Of a stretch of DNA of 64,000 nt, positions 49,189-62,617 are shown one piece after another. Positions within the stretch are counted from its first letter, which is position 1. Every line of letters begins with the position of its first letter. The position numbers and the translations under genes were made by a program. The DNA is from Mytilus trossulus (taxonomy: Eukaryota). The notes beneath the pieces are model-generated. The model searched no databases and was not told where the DNA came from. It saw nothing but the letters and a program-made list of their open reading frames with translations. The stretch covers positions 21,266,001 through 21,330,000 of the forward strand of contig NC_086382.1 in NCBI RefSeq assembly GCF_036588685.1, given 5' to 3'.

Positions 49189-49832
49189 TTCAATTAACAA
49201 AACTTATAATTATTTATATGTAAAGAAATATCAACACTGTAAGTTTATATAGGATATAGATAAGAGATGCTGTGTGTGTTGGACCTGAACTACAGCACTG
49301 CCACCTGGGTTATCATTAAAGGGGAATAATTGACCAATGTCCCTCATTGCCGTGTTGGTTTAATCTATTCATATCTTTATTTATGTTTACATCGCTTATA
49401 TAGTCATCTGAGGTCAAATTGATAGTTAATTAGTTGGCGTCTGGACTAAAATACACCCGAAACGAACCTACACATTATCTACCCCATGCTCTGTAAACTG
49501 TTTATTTTAGACTTTTGGTAGTTTAGATAAATGTTTTACATTGTTATCAAACAAATATGAAAATTTGAGTAAAATCGGCGACCATGGATTTGACAGCTAG
49601 TGCCACTTTTATGATTGAACAAAACAAATCAATCTTAAGATTATTTTTTTTATATATATCTCGTAGCCAGTTACCCTTTAAATATGACCACATATCCAAG
49701 TAAGAATGAAATCTTTGCATGATATCATGATATATAAGTCTCAATTTGTTTCAACATCAAAGTAATGTCTCTTGACATAAGATATTTGATTTAGTATAAG
49801 GAAATAAAGATGATCGACGACTTATGAGTCAA

Positions 49833-50530
49833 AATAAAATTGAGAATGGAAACGGGGAACGTGTCAAAGAGACCGTAACCAGACAAAGACCAGATGAAGG
49901 TCACCAATGCAATGGGGTTTTAATACAACGAGATCCCGCACCCAGAGTCGTGCGTCCGTTGGCCAATTAACAAAATTGTGTACTAGTTTGGTGAAAATGG
50001 AAGTCATACTTAACTTCGAAATATATAAATGAACTAAAATTCAAAATCATACAAGACTCACAAAGGCCAGAGGCTCCTTGTATTAAACAGGTGCAAAAAA
50101 TGCGGCGGTGTTAAACAAAATTTTGAGATATCAACGCTACCCAATACCTCTAGCCAATGTAAAAAAAAATACACATCAACACGCACAATAAAACTCAGTT
50201 CAAAAGAAGTCCGAGTCCGATGTCAGAATAGGTAACAAAGGAAACATCTCGCTACATTGAAGACCTGTTGGTGACCTTCTGCTGTTGTTTTTTTATTTGG
50301 TCGGGTTGTTGTCTCTTTGACACATTCCCCATTTCCATTTTCAATTTTATTTACTTATTATATATAAATGACAATGATACATAAATTAAGAAGGATTACT
50401 AACAGTTACTAACATGCATGCCAGCTCCATCTCAATTAAACTGCTTGAAAGATTATTTCTTCATCATATGAATATGAATATCATGCACAATCATTTCCAT
50501 TAGGGGTTAAGTATCATACGATCATGAAAT
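49833..50530 (-). repeat. Penelope-like 3' region copy with a decayed twister (50065-50155), interrupted by an inverted fragment of the same family at 50246-50352
   Basis: Reverse complement matches ~8455-9035. Confidence 0.8.
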
Positions 50531-51359
50531 ATCTTATAAGAACATTACCTGTATCATGACAACAACAATTGGATTTTGAATACAAATGTGTAATTCCGAT
50601 GCAAAGAAAGTATAAGTGAATTAAACTAAATGTATCCGTAGGAAGTAACATTAAATATTGTATGGTTTTAGTTGATTCAATTAAAATTCTGGACAAAGGA
50701 CTCCAATTTCTAATTATGGCTCTTAAAACGAAATCAAATATATTTTAAGAACAGATATTAGATATTAGATGCACCTTGCAAAAGTTGTGAAATTGTATGA
50801 AAACGTGTAAAAGCATTTTCTGAGCATATACAAGGTTGATAAATTTCTGGAAATGTTCATTGAGAGGATGTATAGAAAGTCATAATCAATGCATTATATT
50901 TTGTTTATCAAAAAAGTAGTGATAAGTCTTGGAAGAGCTGTAACATAGTAGGGTTTTAAATGCATTTTATGCAATCTTTACCCAAATACTATATATCTAT
51001 TGCTTCAGTATGGGTTAAATTTAAAACTTTAATAATAAATAGGTCTTATTCAAAGAGGAGGATTTTAAGGAATATTTTCAAACTGATCAACTTTTTAACA
51101 ATTATAATTTTCCAGTTAAAAGCTTGAAGCGAGATACAGCTTTTCATTCCAACATAAATTTCTATTTTTCAGATGAAAATAAGCATTTTTATGACAACTA
51201 TTTTTTTGGTTGTCAAATACTTTGAAATGAAATTACTTATTGGTGATGTTCCTTTTCAAGATTGATATACAACCACGTCAATGGTGACTTTTAAACTCAC
51301 AGTTCTGTTAGTTTGCATTATGCATTGTTATCCAAAAAGTTATAACACATTAGTCTTAA

Positions 51360-51975
51360 GGGCATACGATACAGTTTTGAACCTGTATTTACAAGTTGAT
51401 GAAAAGCATATAGGCTATTTTTTACCTGATTAAATCAAATATGTAATAAAAAATATACCCTCATGTGCTACTTTTTTTAGTAAAATGAGGTAGAAATTTT
51501 GTTTATTTGATCAAAATTCAGATTTGAATCCGTATTTCCTTTTTCGAAAGAAAGACATAACTTTTTTGTTTTAAAAGATAAACACAAATTGTTTTTTTTT
51601 GTTAAATAATCGGTAATTTCTGGATTTTATAAGTATCATTAAAAATTATACAATTTTTATTAAGAAATAACTCATATTTATCAAATTTTCATGAATAGAG
51701 GGAAAAACGTAATTTTTTGCTGCTTGTTTATCAAATTAAAAAAAAATTCCATTTTGTTTTATAAAATTTGGGTCTCAAAATCTCCTTGCAAAATGAAAAA
51801 AATTACTGTTATAAAAAATTGGCGTCCATGCACTCGTTTTCAAATTAAGTCAGTTTAAATGATAAAAATCAATTGAAAAATGCATCTTTTCCCGATATGT
51901 CATAATTTGATGTTGCGAAAATAACATTTTAAGTTAGTAACATCATTACCTCCCTTGTAACTGTGTCGTATGCCC
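51360..51975. mobile_element. TTAA-target MITE (Kolobok-like)
   Basis: TTAA-GGGCATACGATACAGTT ... AACTGTGTCGTATGCCC-TTAA. Confidence 0.85.
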
Positions 51976-52217
51976 TTAAAAATGGTGATGACTGCTTAGT
52001 AATTGGCAATTAGGTAGATTTTATAAATGTTTTAAATATTGATATCTACATGCAACAATAGGATGATCCTGGAAGTAGACATAACAATTTATTAAACAGT
52101 CAATCACCTAAGTTTTGTTACCTCAAACAAATAACAGGCTTTACTTTCTTCAATTTTGTTATAAAGAGGGAAATCTTATGTGTCACTTTGAATCTTGATT
52201 TTGCTGAAATGTCATTA

Positions 52218-53050
52218 ACAACAAGTATTCTGTGAGTATTGCATTGTAATACATATTCCCCAACAAGTTAAATATACTTTGTATTGGAACAAAATTCTAA
52301 CTTGATCTATAACTTGTCATGGTATAAACTATATCACAAATATCAAGTCAACATCTTCAATAGGAGGAAAGAAAGTCCAAGGACTATTACTCTGCACAAA
52401 ATCATAAGGCCGAAACAAAATTTGAACTTGATCTGTAACTTGTACTGATAAAACTATATCTCAATTTTCAAATTAATATCTTTAAGCATGTGGAAAAAAA
52501 GGTGTGGAAAACTGATGATTCTAAGTAAATTTTTTTTTAAGTCCAAGGACCATAACTGTGCACAAAATCGTCAGACCAGATAAAATTCAAATCTGATCAG
52601 TAACTTGTAATGATAGAAATATATAACAAATTTCAAATCAATATCTTCATGCCTGACCCAAGAAAGGGTGGAAAACAGATTATTTCAGTGATTTTTTTAA
52701 GTACAAGGACCATTACTCTGTACCAAATCATCAGACCAACTCAAAATCCAAGTTTGATCTCTAACTTGTCATGATTAAACTATATAACAAATATCAAATC
52801 AAAATCTTTAGAATGATGGGGAAAAAGTGTGAATAACTGAATATTTGAGTGAATTTTCTAAATCCAAGGACTATTACTCTGCACAAAATCATCAGACTTG
52901 AACAAAATTTGAAATTGATATGTAACTGTTCATGATAAAAAAAATACACCAAATATTATATCAATATCTTCAACCATGAAGAAAAAGGTGTAAGAGTGGA
53001 AAACTGGTTTGTTGGACTGATGGATGGACAGACAGTCAGACAGGAGCATA
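52218..53050 (-). mobile_element. HINE-like element with ~160-bp tandem units
   Basis: AACAAG plus stem-loop at the left end, repeated AAGTCCAAGGACCATAACTCTGCACAAAATC units, GGAC/AGAC microsatellite at 53013-53043. Confidence 0.7.
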
Positions 53051-56000
53051 AAGAGGCATGAACAAAGTTTTAATTGATAAAAGATGGTGACTTGTCAATA
53101 ATTGAAATAATTTCCTTGTAAGCAGCATTTATTATTACAGCACAAGTCTATACAAAATGTACAAATTTAATGTACAATAACATTCATATATAATTTTAAT
53201 GTTATGGCCACATATAGCAACTAATTACTTATTCAATAATAATGATAACTACAGACATTTTAAAATGAACAACTGAAAGCCTCAGACTGAAATGATTCCC
53301 AATTTCAACCTTAATAGGCTTCCTGCAAGAAAAAGGTTTAAGTGTTCTTACAAGCACATACCAGAATATCAACAATAGTCAAATAAAAGTATAAGCTGGC
53401 AGCTGTTCTATCCAGTTTCAAAAACATGCATCTCAGATATTGATATTGGTGAAAGCTTGGTAAAGCAATTGTAGACAATACTTGTTTTTATACTTAATGT
53501 GAATTTGAAAAGTTTTTAAATTCTTGGTTTCTGTGAAATTGAATTATAAAACCACAGAAAATAATATCCTTTTTATAATAATCTATATATTATATAATAT
53601 TACTTAAATATCCTTATTCAGTGTAAAATATATTAAATAGTACAAATACATGTAAGTCTGATTATGAAAAATGTATATGTCATTTTAACATCTTGTATGA
53701 ATATTTTGAAGTATGAAGAAAATACTGTCCCAGAATTTTTTAATTGTTGGGTCCTGATTTTTTTTGCTCCTGGTTATTCATCACTCTATAATTTTAGGTT
53801 TATTCCAAATATTTAAAATTATGGTAGATTATCAAACATAACTAAGTTGTAGGCAACGCATTCTTAGAATTTAAAAAACAAATTTACACTTGAAATTGAA
53901 AATTGCAAAGTATTATGACAGAAAACCTGCTATTTTTGTGTAAATACAAGTATAATTTAATATAATACTATTATAAAGGTGAGCAAATATGCAAAACGAA
54001 GAAAAAAAGATATACCATGTTTATTCCATGGTAGATTGAATTGTGTTATTATTAATGCTACACTAATATCACAATAAATTTTCACAAAATTCACAGGGAA
54101 TGATTTGCAAAATCTATGATTAGATGATATGAATGATACAAATGATTTCTTATAAGATATGACTTTGTAATGATGGTATACTAAACCACATGGACAAGTT
54201 ATCTCTGATATAGGTATGTGCTAACTAAATTATAACATATCTGTATTTTTATTATATCAGAAAATTTCAATTTTAAATCTACACTGGAAATGTCTTCCCA
54301 CATGAAAATTTCCGTAAATTCATATCCATTTAAGTATGGTTTGCACAATTCATTAATTCAATTTGTATTTTTTTAAATTCAAAATGAGATTTCAACTTTT
54401 TCAAATGTGTATGTCAAAAATCAAAATACATGATTCAAATACAGAGCCTCCAAATATTAAATAATCAGGAAAGATAGCACACAATTATCTATTTACTTGT
54501 ATGGAAAGGGGTGGTACAAGATAGGGGAAAGAAGCTGGTATTATGCTTTAACCTACAATACAGAGACAAAATTCTGTTATTCATAGATTGATTTCTTTTT
54601 ATATCTTCATATTAACCAACTGCAGGGGTGCGGTTCCTCTGTGGTTTTGTGTTTGTTTCTTAATTAAGACTTAAATAATGTGATTAAAACATCCTGTGAA
54701 AGTGTGTAGTTATTTGATAGAGTCATAAAACAACACCACCATGGATATAATTTATAAAGCACACACCTACAACTGTTTATTGAAAATTAAAAAAAAATGA
54801 ATACACATGATAACTTTTTTATAATATTTCCAATTGACACTGTTTTTAGGAATCCTTCTCCTTAAATCTTTGATATTATAGTACCAAAAAAAATGTAGGT
54901 CTCAAAATTATGGAAAAAAAATTTTCTCACAAACTTAAGTCTCTATTAGACTTCTTTCGAGTCTGTGCTTTTTAACTTTATTTCAATTCAAAACTTTACA
55001 ATAATAAAACATTCCTTGTAAGAAAAGTAAAGAAAATGTAAAAACTAAAACTATAGCATGAATGTATGAAAAGGACTGACTGATGGAAACATTATAGAAA
55101 AATACAATCAAAGTGCTGGAAATTGAATTGAACAATTAAATGTATATTATTGCAAAAGTAAATATTCTTTTAAACATTAAATTAACTATCAAAGTAAACT
55201 TTTCTTAGATAAACCTCATATAATCGAGAAAAAAATTGCTTGTAATTAAAATAAACAATTCTGTGTCCGTATTTTATTTCAATAAATCATGTTATTGGTT
55301 TTGTTCCTTATCAAATTTATTAGTTCATACCTTCCTTTTTATGTAAGGGAAAATTAACTTACACAGATTTGACCTTTGCACTATGAAAGTTAGACTTCTA
55401 CAATTTCAAATCTAACATCTTTATTAATGTACACATCAATAAGACAAATATTGCACATGACTTGTTAAATAAGATGTTTTATATATATATATATCTATAT
55501 CTATACTTCTCTATATATACAACTTTGTACAATGAAGGAAGACTCTAGTGTTCACTTGATAAGCAGCAGTAAACAAAACAATGCAAACAAACAAACAAAA
55601 CAATTGAAACGGAACAAAATTCAAAACAAGTGACATGGAATTATAAGACGGCTGCTCAGTTCTATTGAATATAAAAAAAAATTGAGATTGTGATATCAAT
55701 TTTTCAGAAGAAACTAAACAAAATAGAAAAAAAAAATGTAAGTACTTCCAAAGTTATTGAGAGAGTAAAAGACCTATAAAAGACACAACTCAGTATAATC
55801 TATAGCACAAAGAATGGAAATTCAGACTTTAAAGGGAAGTTATAAAGTTAGTTTCTAATAGAGTTATCTCTTTGTTTTTTTTTAATTGCACAATGCCAGA
55901 GATCTTTAATGTTATTCTATAAATAGAATTAGAATCTTTAAAAAGTTATATAATAGATTTGTTTTTTGTAGGGTAAAAAACAATTGCCTTCTTTATTTCT

Positions 56001-58633
56001 CTGTTTTCTTACTAAACAACATTGCTGATCGGTCCCTTTTATCAAATTATTATCTAAATATTATACATTATAAAGATTATTGGAAATGTTCCATTTTGAA
56101 ATTCTCCTTCAGAAATATGTCCATGGAAAAAAGAACCCTGGGACACTATAGAGGAAAACTTGCTCTCATATTGAAAATATTTTTAATGAAAGAAAATGAA
56201 ATCAATCAGTATTTAAAAATAGAGAAATAAGCACCAATGTATAACAAACAAAGGAAAAACACAAAAAAATAGGTAGAAATAATTAGTGTATTTACTAAAT
56301 CAGTAATAAATGTTAAGAGTTTTCTTTATCTTTCACAGTGTTAATTAAAAATTTGAAGTTTGTGGAAAATATTTAAATCCTTTACCTAAATCAATTAACT
56401 ATAGTCTTAATTAGTACCATTACATAACAGTAGCACTTTGCATATATAAATCACACAATTTTCACACATTACACACATATATCACTCAATTTTATGACAA
56501 AACGATGAGCATGCACATTAACTCAACAAAAATACAAATTTGGAGAGATGAAAATGACAATTAGCCCTACTTTCTGGCCAGTGAAATATAAGAACATTCC
56601 ATGAGACTACTATTCTTAATAGACATAGAACCATGACTTAAGACACTTATTCTATCCACTAATCTATAGTATTTTTCCTTTATTGTAAGTGCTTTTCCTA
56701 AAGACAAAAAGATATCCCCTGAGTTTTTTCATTAATACTTTCCAACTGAAATCACAATTTTTATGAGATATAACAACAGACATTTGTAGTATGATGAAAA
56801 TATGACAGTAATACATGTACATTGCAACAAATCATCCTATACTGTAGGGTTACTGCACTAAAATCAAGAAATTACAGTACTGTATTTGAAGATTTGCAAT
56901 CATCAATGGACGACCTAAATGGAGTTTAATTATCATTTTCAAACGATATTGCATCATTACTGTTGTTTATGTTTTACAGAGAAAGTTATTCTGCACTTAC
57001 TGTTACAGATGTACTGATGCGTTTGAAGGATTTTAAACATCTAAGAATAAAATATGTGTAAACCAAGGCCAACATAAACCAGATTTTCATGAATTTTTGA
57101 ACCAAAACTTAAAACAACTATATTTAAGTACTTCAACTTGTGTAAAAACATCACTTGTATAATTTGAACTAGTCATATACGTTTTAGTATACAAAGACAA
57201 TATTTTGGCTACATATGATAATAATGATAGTACCCTTGCAACGTTAAGCTTCTACTGGCAGGAGCATTTTCATGCATTTATATTTATTTTTATTTATCAA
57301 AAAAAGGCAAAAAAAAATTAATAACAATAAGCTTCATGGCAATGTTTAAAATTTATATAACTTGTATAAATAATTTTAACTGTATACATCTAGTTGGGTT
57401 TAGTTATAAATGTACAGAGTAGGTCTATATAAAACTACATTGTAGTTGCAATACATGAACTTAATAACTATATATCAACATGCCCTGTTTACACAATTTT
57501 ATATAAAATCCACTTTAGATATTTTCTGTAACAGAAATATAATAATTATAACATAGTTTAAACAATTCTTTTGTTAAAGGGTTAAGAACAGACATCTGGA
57601 CTTCTGAGCTTCAAAAATTACATATATTCATCAATTTATTACCTCTGCCATTCATAATTATCAAGAAATATTATCTGTTTAAAAAAAATCAAGTGTACAT
57701 AAGTACCATTTAATAGGGGTCTACTATTTAGTAACTAGGAGTTTTTTTTAAAAATTGCTTTTGTCTTTCTTTGCAAGTTTGGTACAAATGAGAGCATAAA
57801 TTCACATTCAAACTACAATTGAGGAAAACAACTATCACATACACAAGGCTTATTAAATAGAATGACTGTAAAAGCCAACTACTTTAATAATTCTTTACAA
57901 CTAACTGTATTTGAGCAAACTCTTAGGGCTAAATAAATGACAGCAATTCTTTCTACATTTGCTGAAATCTTGAAATATTGACACTTAACCAATATTTTCA
58001 AAGAAAGTCAACCATATTTTGATAATTCTATTTTCAAGTCAATTTCCCTATTCAGGTTAAATTTTGATAAAAAAGTATTAAATTTCTAAATTTTCCTTGT
58101 CATCAGAAAGGGACTCAACATATTATTTTGATACATTATTCAATGAAGAGAAAATAATCAGATAATCATGACTTTTAACTTTCCGCTCGTACATTCACAG
58201 TACATAGTCTTTCAATAATATGCTTTCAAATTCACAATATTGCAAAGACATATTTCAGATTAATAGCTACCAGACAGATAAGGATGAGAGGCATTGTATT
58301 GGCAGAAAATCACATCCCTTTACAATTAATGCTTCTCATATGCAAGTCAATTAATCTGACAGCTCTTCAACACTACTTTCATACATGCATTAGACTTCAG
58401 AGCTAACCATTATCTACGAATTTACAAATTTTAGGCAGAGCTTTTCATGCGTCCTTTGTACCTACTTATTCAAATATCTCAACAAGACAGGCTTGATAGT
58501 TCACATGTATACACATCTCATTTACACTTCCTACCAGGTGCATCTATAGTATATCGTTTAAAATAATTCCATGACAATTTCAAAGAATTTTCACAAATTT
58601 CATTAAAAATTTCTAATTTCACATTTTTTTTTA

Positions 58634-58830
58634 TCAATCTTCGTCCCATTCATCTTCCCCGTTATCATCTGAGTCCTCTTCCCCACCCTCACTATCACTA
58701 GCTTCCATTGCTTTCCTTCTCATTTCAAATGCCCGGTTCATAATTGAATGCACATCAAATCGTCCTGATGGTGTTTTCTTTTGTTCTTCTTTTCTCTTTC
58801 TCTCTTCTGTTTTTCTTAACTTTGACATCC
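58634..58830 (-). CDS. WASF: WAVE/SCAR (WASF) terminal exon: WH2 end, central and acidic regions
   Basis: (W)MSKLRKTEE...DVHSIMNRAFEMRRKAMEASDSE...DEWDED*; phase-1 acceptor cttcag. Confidence 0.9.
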
Positions 58831-59677
58831 CTGAAGAAGAAAATATATGTTTAATTCATTTCTCAAGCATGATCATACTTTATCCCCATTTTGTACAAAT
58901 CAATTACAAAACACCACAATAAATTGTTTTGATTTCACTGAATTCTCCCATAATTCTTGTAATTATAGTTAGGACAATTTTTCACATTTAATGTTTAGCT
59001 AAAAAAATAAACCAAATACATGTATAATACTATAGTACACAATGATACAGTTACTATTGCAAATAACTAGAAAATAATTTAACTTTTTTAGGAATGTTCT
59101 TTTTCACGGGAGCCACTGTTTGTTTTTTGCAGTTTCTTGTATCAGTATTTTTTAAGTAAGTTCTGCTACAATGTAAACAATGGCACAAAGACTACAGATT
59201 TGTATGGTATGGAAATAGTGCCTTTCACCAGTTGCAAGTAAAAAAATGCCAGAAGTATTCCAAAATGTTTCTCCTAAAAAATGCTCTCAAATTAAATACA
59301 GCCTACAATTTAAAACAATCAAAGTTATCTTTCTTTGCTCTTCATTAAGTTGCTAATGTAAAAAAAATTCAAAAACTATTAAATATCAAAAATTTGTATT
59401 ACTGATAACTCATATTAATGACTTTAAAACATGTTACCTCAATTTTTTGTTTTCTGCATATTTTGGTTGCTGTCTCATTGACACATTCCTTATCTGTCTT
59501 TTATTCATATATTTTGGTTGCTGTCTCATTGAACAAAACCTCACCAATCAATGCTGTCTTATTGCAGTTACTAAATTAATCTTTAATCCCTATTGTCTCA
59601 AATTTAAACAAAAATAAACGTCTAAATGGCAGGCATTCCAAAACAAAATCTTTACTGCAACATTTAGAAATACTTAC

Positions 59678-60458
59678 AATCCCCAATTCTAATTTCTGAT
59701 AATAAAGCACTTCTTTCCGTTTCCACTGGTGCAGGGGGTTGCTCAACTTCTGTCCTTCCTATCGTTGACGAACTATTAGTTGATGATATGGACACCCCAT
59801 CAGAAGGTGCTCTCACATGTCCATTAGGCATTGACATTGCTGGGGGTGGTGGTGGAGGAGGGGGAGGAGGAGGAGGGGGTGGGGGAGCACCTCCATCCAT
59901 TGGTGGTGGAGAAATTGGAGGTGGGGGCATAATTTCTATTGGTGTGTCTGGCATGAATTGAGGAGGAGGGGGTGGCGGAGGTAGATGATCTGGTGTTCGC
60001 CTCGAGGGACTAGAAGAATAACTACTAGGCTGTCGTACTGGTGAGCCTCCTTGCGGTGATTCCCCTCTTGCGTCATAATTCATTTGTTGGTTTCTAGTCA
60101 TCTGCGGACTTGGCGTGTATGACTTATGATTATAACTGTCAGAATCCAATGGGGGCGGGGGAGGAGGAGGTGGCAAACTGTCTCTTTGCCCTCTCATCCT
60201 GTCACTGTTTGGATCAAAAGGCGGAGGAGGAGGAGGAGCTTGCTGCGGTCTAGCAGGACTGATCATTGACGGTGCTCGTGATCCTCTTTGATGTTGCTGC
60301 TGAAGGTGTAGATGACTGGGATGTTGTTGAGGATGATCTGGTAAGTTTGGATCATAATATTGTTGATGCTGCTGTGACATCTGACTAATTCGTGGGTCCT
60401 GAGGTGATGGTAATTCGTTTGGACCATTCATATACTGTGACTTTTTGTTCGCATGTGC
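59678..60458 (-). CDS. WASF: WASF proline-rich exon and start of WH2
   Basis: Poly-Pro tracts, ERSALLSEIRIG; 781 nt, phase 0-1, tttcag / gtaagt. Confidence 0.9.
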
Positions 60459-61413
60459 CTGAAAAAAGATTTATAAAAAGTTAAAAAATTTCCAAGTGAA
60501 GGAAAAGACAAGATAAAGATGTATTATGACACAATTTTTACATAATTTTCACTTTACGTCAGGATCTGTTCACGATATTTTTTTCTGATAGATTTGAGAT
60601 AATTCAATTTGAACCATATTCCAACTCCCAAATCTCTTACAAATACAGCCTTTAAGTCTGTAGGTTTTTAGCAAGTACATCGAAATTTTCTTTGTTTTCC
60701 TCTTAAGTTCTTAATGGCAATTTTAAGTTAAAACCATAAGCATGATATAATTACAGCAGAAGCTTTTTTTGTAATACTATAATGTGCAACAGTTAAATAT
60801 AGGGGTTGACATATAACCAGTAATAGGTCCTAACTTTAGTGACCTTCATATAATCTTCTGAGGAACTTGTGCTTTAATTTATGTGTGTGTAGTTCTTTTT
60901 CTCTTCTTTTCTTTCTGAATGGAGAGTTGTGTGATGATATTTGCTGATAATTAAAATATATGTGCTAATTGTAGAAAAAAAGAAAATTTTGCTTTATCCA
61001 AGCTCTTGGAATTAAATAGTTGATGCAGGTGTTCTATTGAAAAAGCCATATGATATTCTTTATTTATCGCTATTTTGTGCATTTTTCCTTTGATCTTTTT
61101 TTGTGATAATTTTCAGATCATGCTTCTCGCTTGAGATGGAAAAATTATCGCTAGAAACTAAGGAGGCCACTTGGCGTTGCTAACGAAATTGACATGAAAC
61201 TGACAACGTCGTCATAGGTACCAGCGAAAGTGAGAAAAGCAATAGAGTTGAGATGACCAATGATAATCTATAATTATTCTTCCCTTGTGTAAATTTTAGA
61301 AAAGAATTATTTTGCTTTATCCATGTTCTTATGCTGTCTGTTATCTTCTATTTGGTAGGGTTGTTGTCTCTTTGGCATATTTCCCCATCTCCATTCACAA
61401 TTTTATTACTTAC

Positions 61414-61659
61414 CTGTGAATATCTAGGATCTATATCATTCTGTTGCTGTGGCGATGAAACATGGTTTTGAGAAGGTTTATTTTGAATGTCAGCACTAGA
61501 TAAAGAAGTCGCATTAGAGGAAGGTAATCCTTTCAATATTTGTTGGGGATTCTGATATTCTGAACTAAATTCTATTCCTTGTGCTCTGTCTTTATATTTT
61601 TCTTTGATTAATTTAATTTCTTTAGGTTTTGCTCTTGTTTTCGTTTCTTTAGGCCTTTG
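61414..61659 (-). CDS. WASF: WASF basic/linker exon
   Basis: 246-nt open exon QRPKETKTRAKPKEIK...AQGIEF...YSQ; ttttag / gtaagt, phase 0-0. Confidence 0.85.
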
Positions 61660-62493
61660 CTAAAATATAGAAATAGTACTATGAAAATGAAATTTACATG
61701 ATCAACAACAAAACCAAGCAATAACTAGTAACATGATTAAAATAAATAAACATTTTTTTTAAATACATGTTTGATGTTCTGTTGACATAAGACAGTCAGG
61801 GATACTACTTGTACAAGTTATTTTCATCTACTTGAAGAAGTAAATTATTATATAATTACACAAGTAAATTTGTTAAAATTCATACTTTCTTATCAGGTTT
61901 GAATAATCTACGCTTATTTTTTTCTAAAAAAAAATTAAGAGGTTTCTTTGTTTGTGATAAGGTCCCTAAAATTAATTTGATTAAACAATGTTCAATGTAT
62001 AAAAAAAGCGTTTAAATTTCAGGCATGATCAGGTAAAATAGATGAACTAATTTTTCTCATTGTTGAATATGGTTATATGGTTGTCTTCAATAGTTTACAT
62101 TCACTTCATTTGAACTTTATTTGATAGTTGTTTGGATGGCAATCATACCAATTTCCTTACTTTTTATAAACTAAGGCTTTAGTGTTTGCATTCGGTTATG
62201 AGATATCTTTTTATGTGTTTAGTTGAAAAGAAGAAAAAATCATGATGATCATATCTAATCATAACATAAATATTATCACACTAATAAAGTGAAATTTACA
62301 TGACTATTTAGCATTCTTCAATTGGATAGTCATTTAGGAAATTTCCAAACTGGAGAAAGTAATAGAGTAATTAAAAATAATGACATATCAGTGAAACATA
62401 GCAAAGAAATTGCCAATCAGGTGATATTAGTTTAGTACATGTAATAGCAAATAATGATACACAAGTTGGAAAAGAAATGTCACAGATGATAAC

Positions 62494-62617
62494 CTTCTTT
62501 CGTTTTGCTTTGTATTCTGTTTTCTTTTGTTCTATATCTTTCTGTATATCTGAGAACCATAACTCAAAGAAGTATCCAGGATCTGTGTAAAACTTCATAC
62601 TGTCCTTGCCATCCTCT
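62494..62617 (-). CDS. WASF: WASF exon at the end of the WAVE homology domain; upstream exons not seen in this window
   Basis: REDGKDSMKFYTDPGYFFELW matches the WAVE signature RDDGK..LKFYT.P.YFFDLW; ttgcag / gttatc. Confidence 0.92.

Larger units (their letters stand above)
45150..49345. mobile_element. Full-length ISL2EU-type (PIF/Harbinger-related) DNA transposon
   Basis: 13-bp perfect TIR GAGGGACATTGGT/ACCAATGTCCCTC extending imperfectly ~70 bp; AT TSD (45148-49, 49346-47); convergent transposase and YqaJ genes. Confidence 0.92.
44725..49607. mobile_element. Kolobok-type non-autonomous element (~685 bp without the nested ISL2EU)
   Basis: TIR AGAGGCACTAGCT / AGCTAGTGCCACT (12/13), flanked by TTCA and TTTA (degenerate TTAA); an inverted partial end of the same type follows at 49612-49677 with TTAA. 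Confidence 0.6.

Noticed and set aside
60962-61330. Degenerate ~45-bp direct repeats around a repeat-like segment in a WASF intron
   Set aside because: Boundaries and family could not be established from the sequence alone
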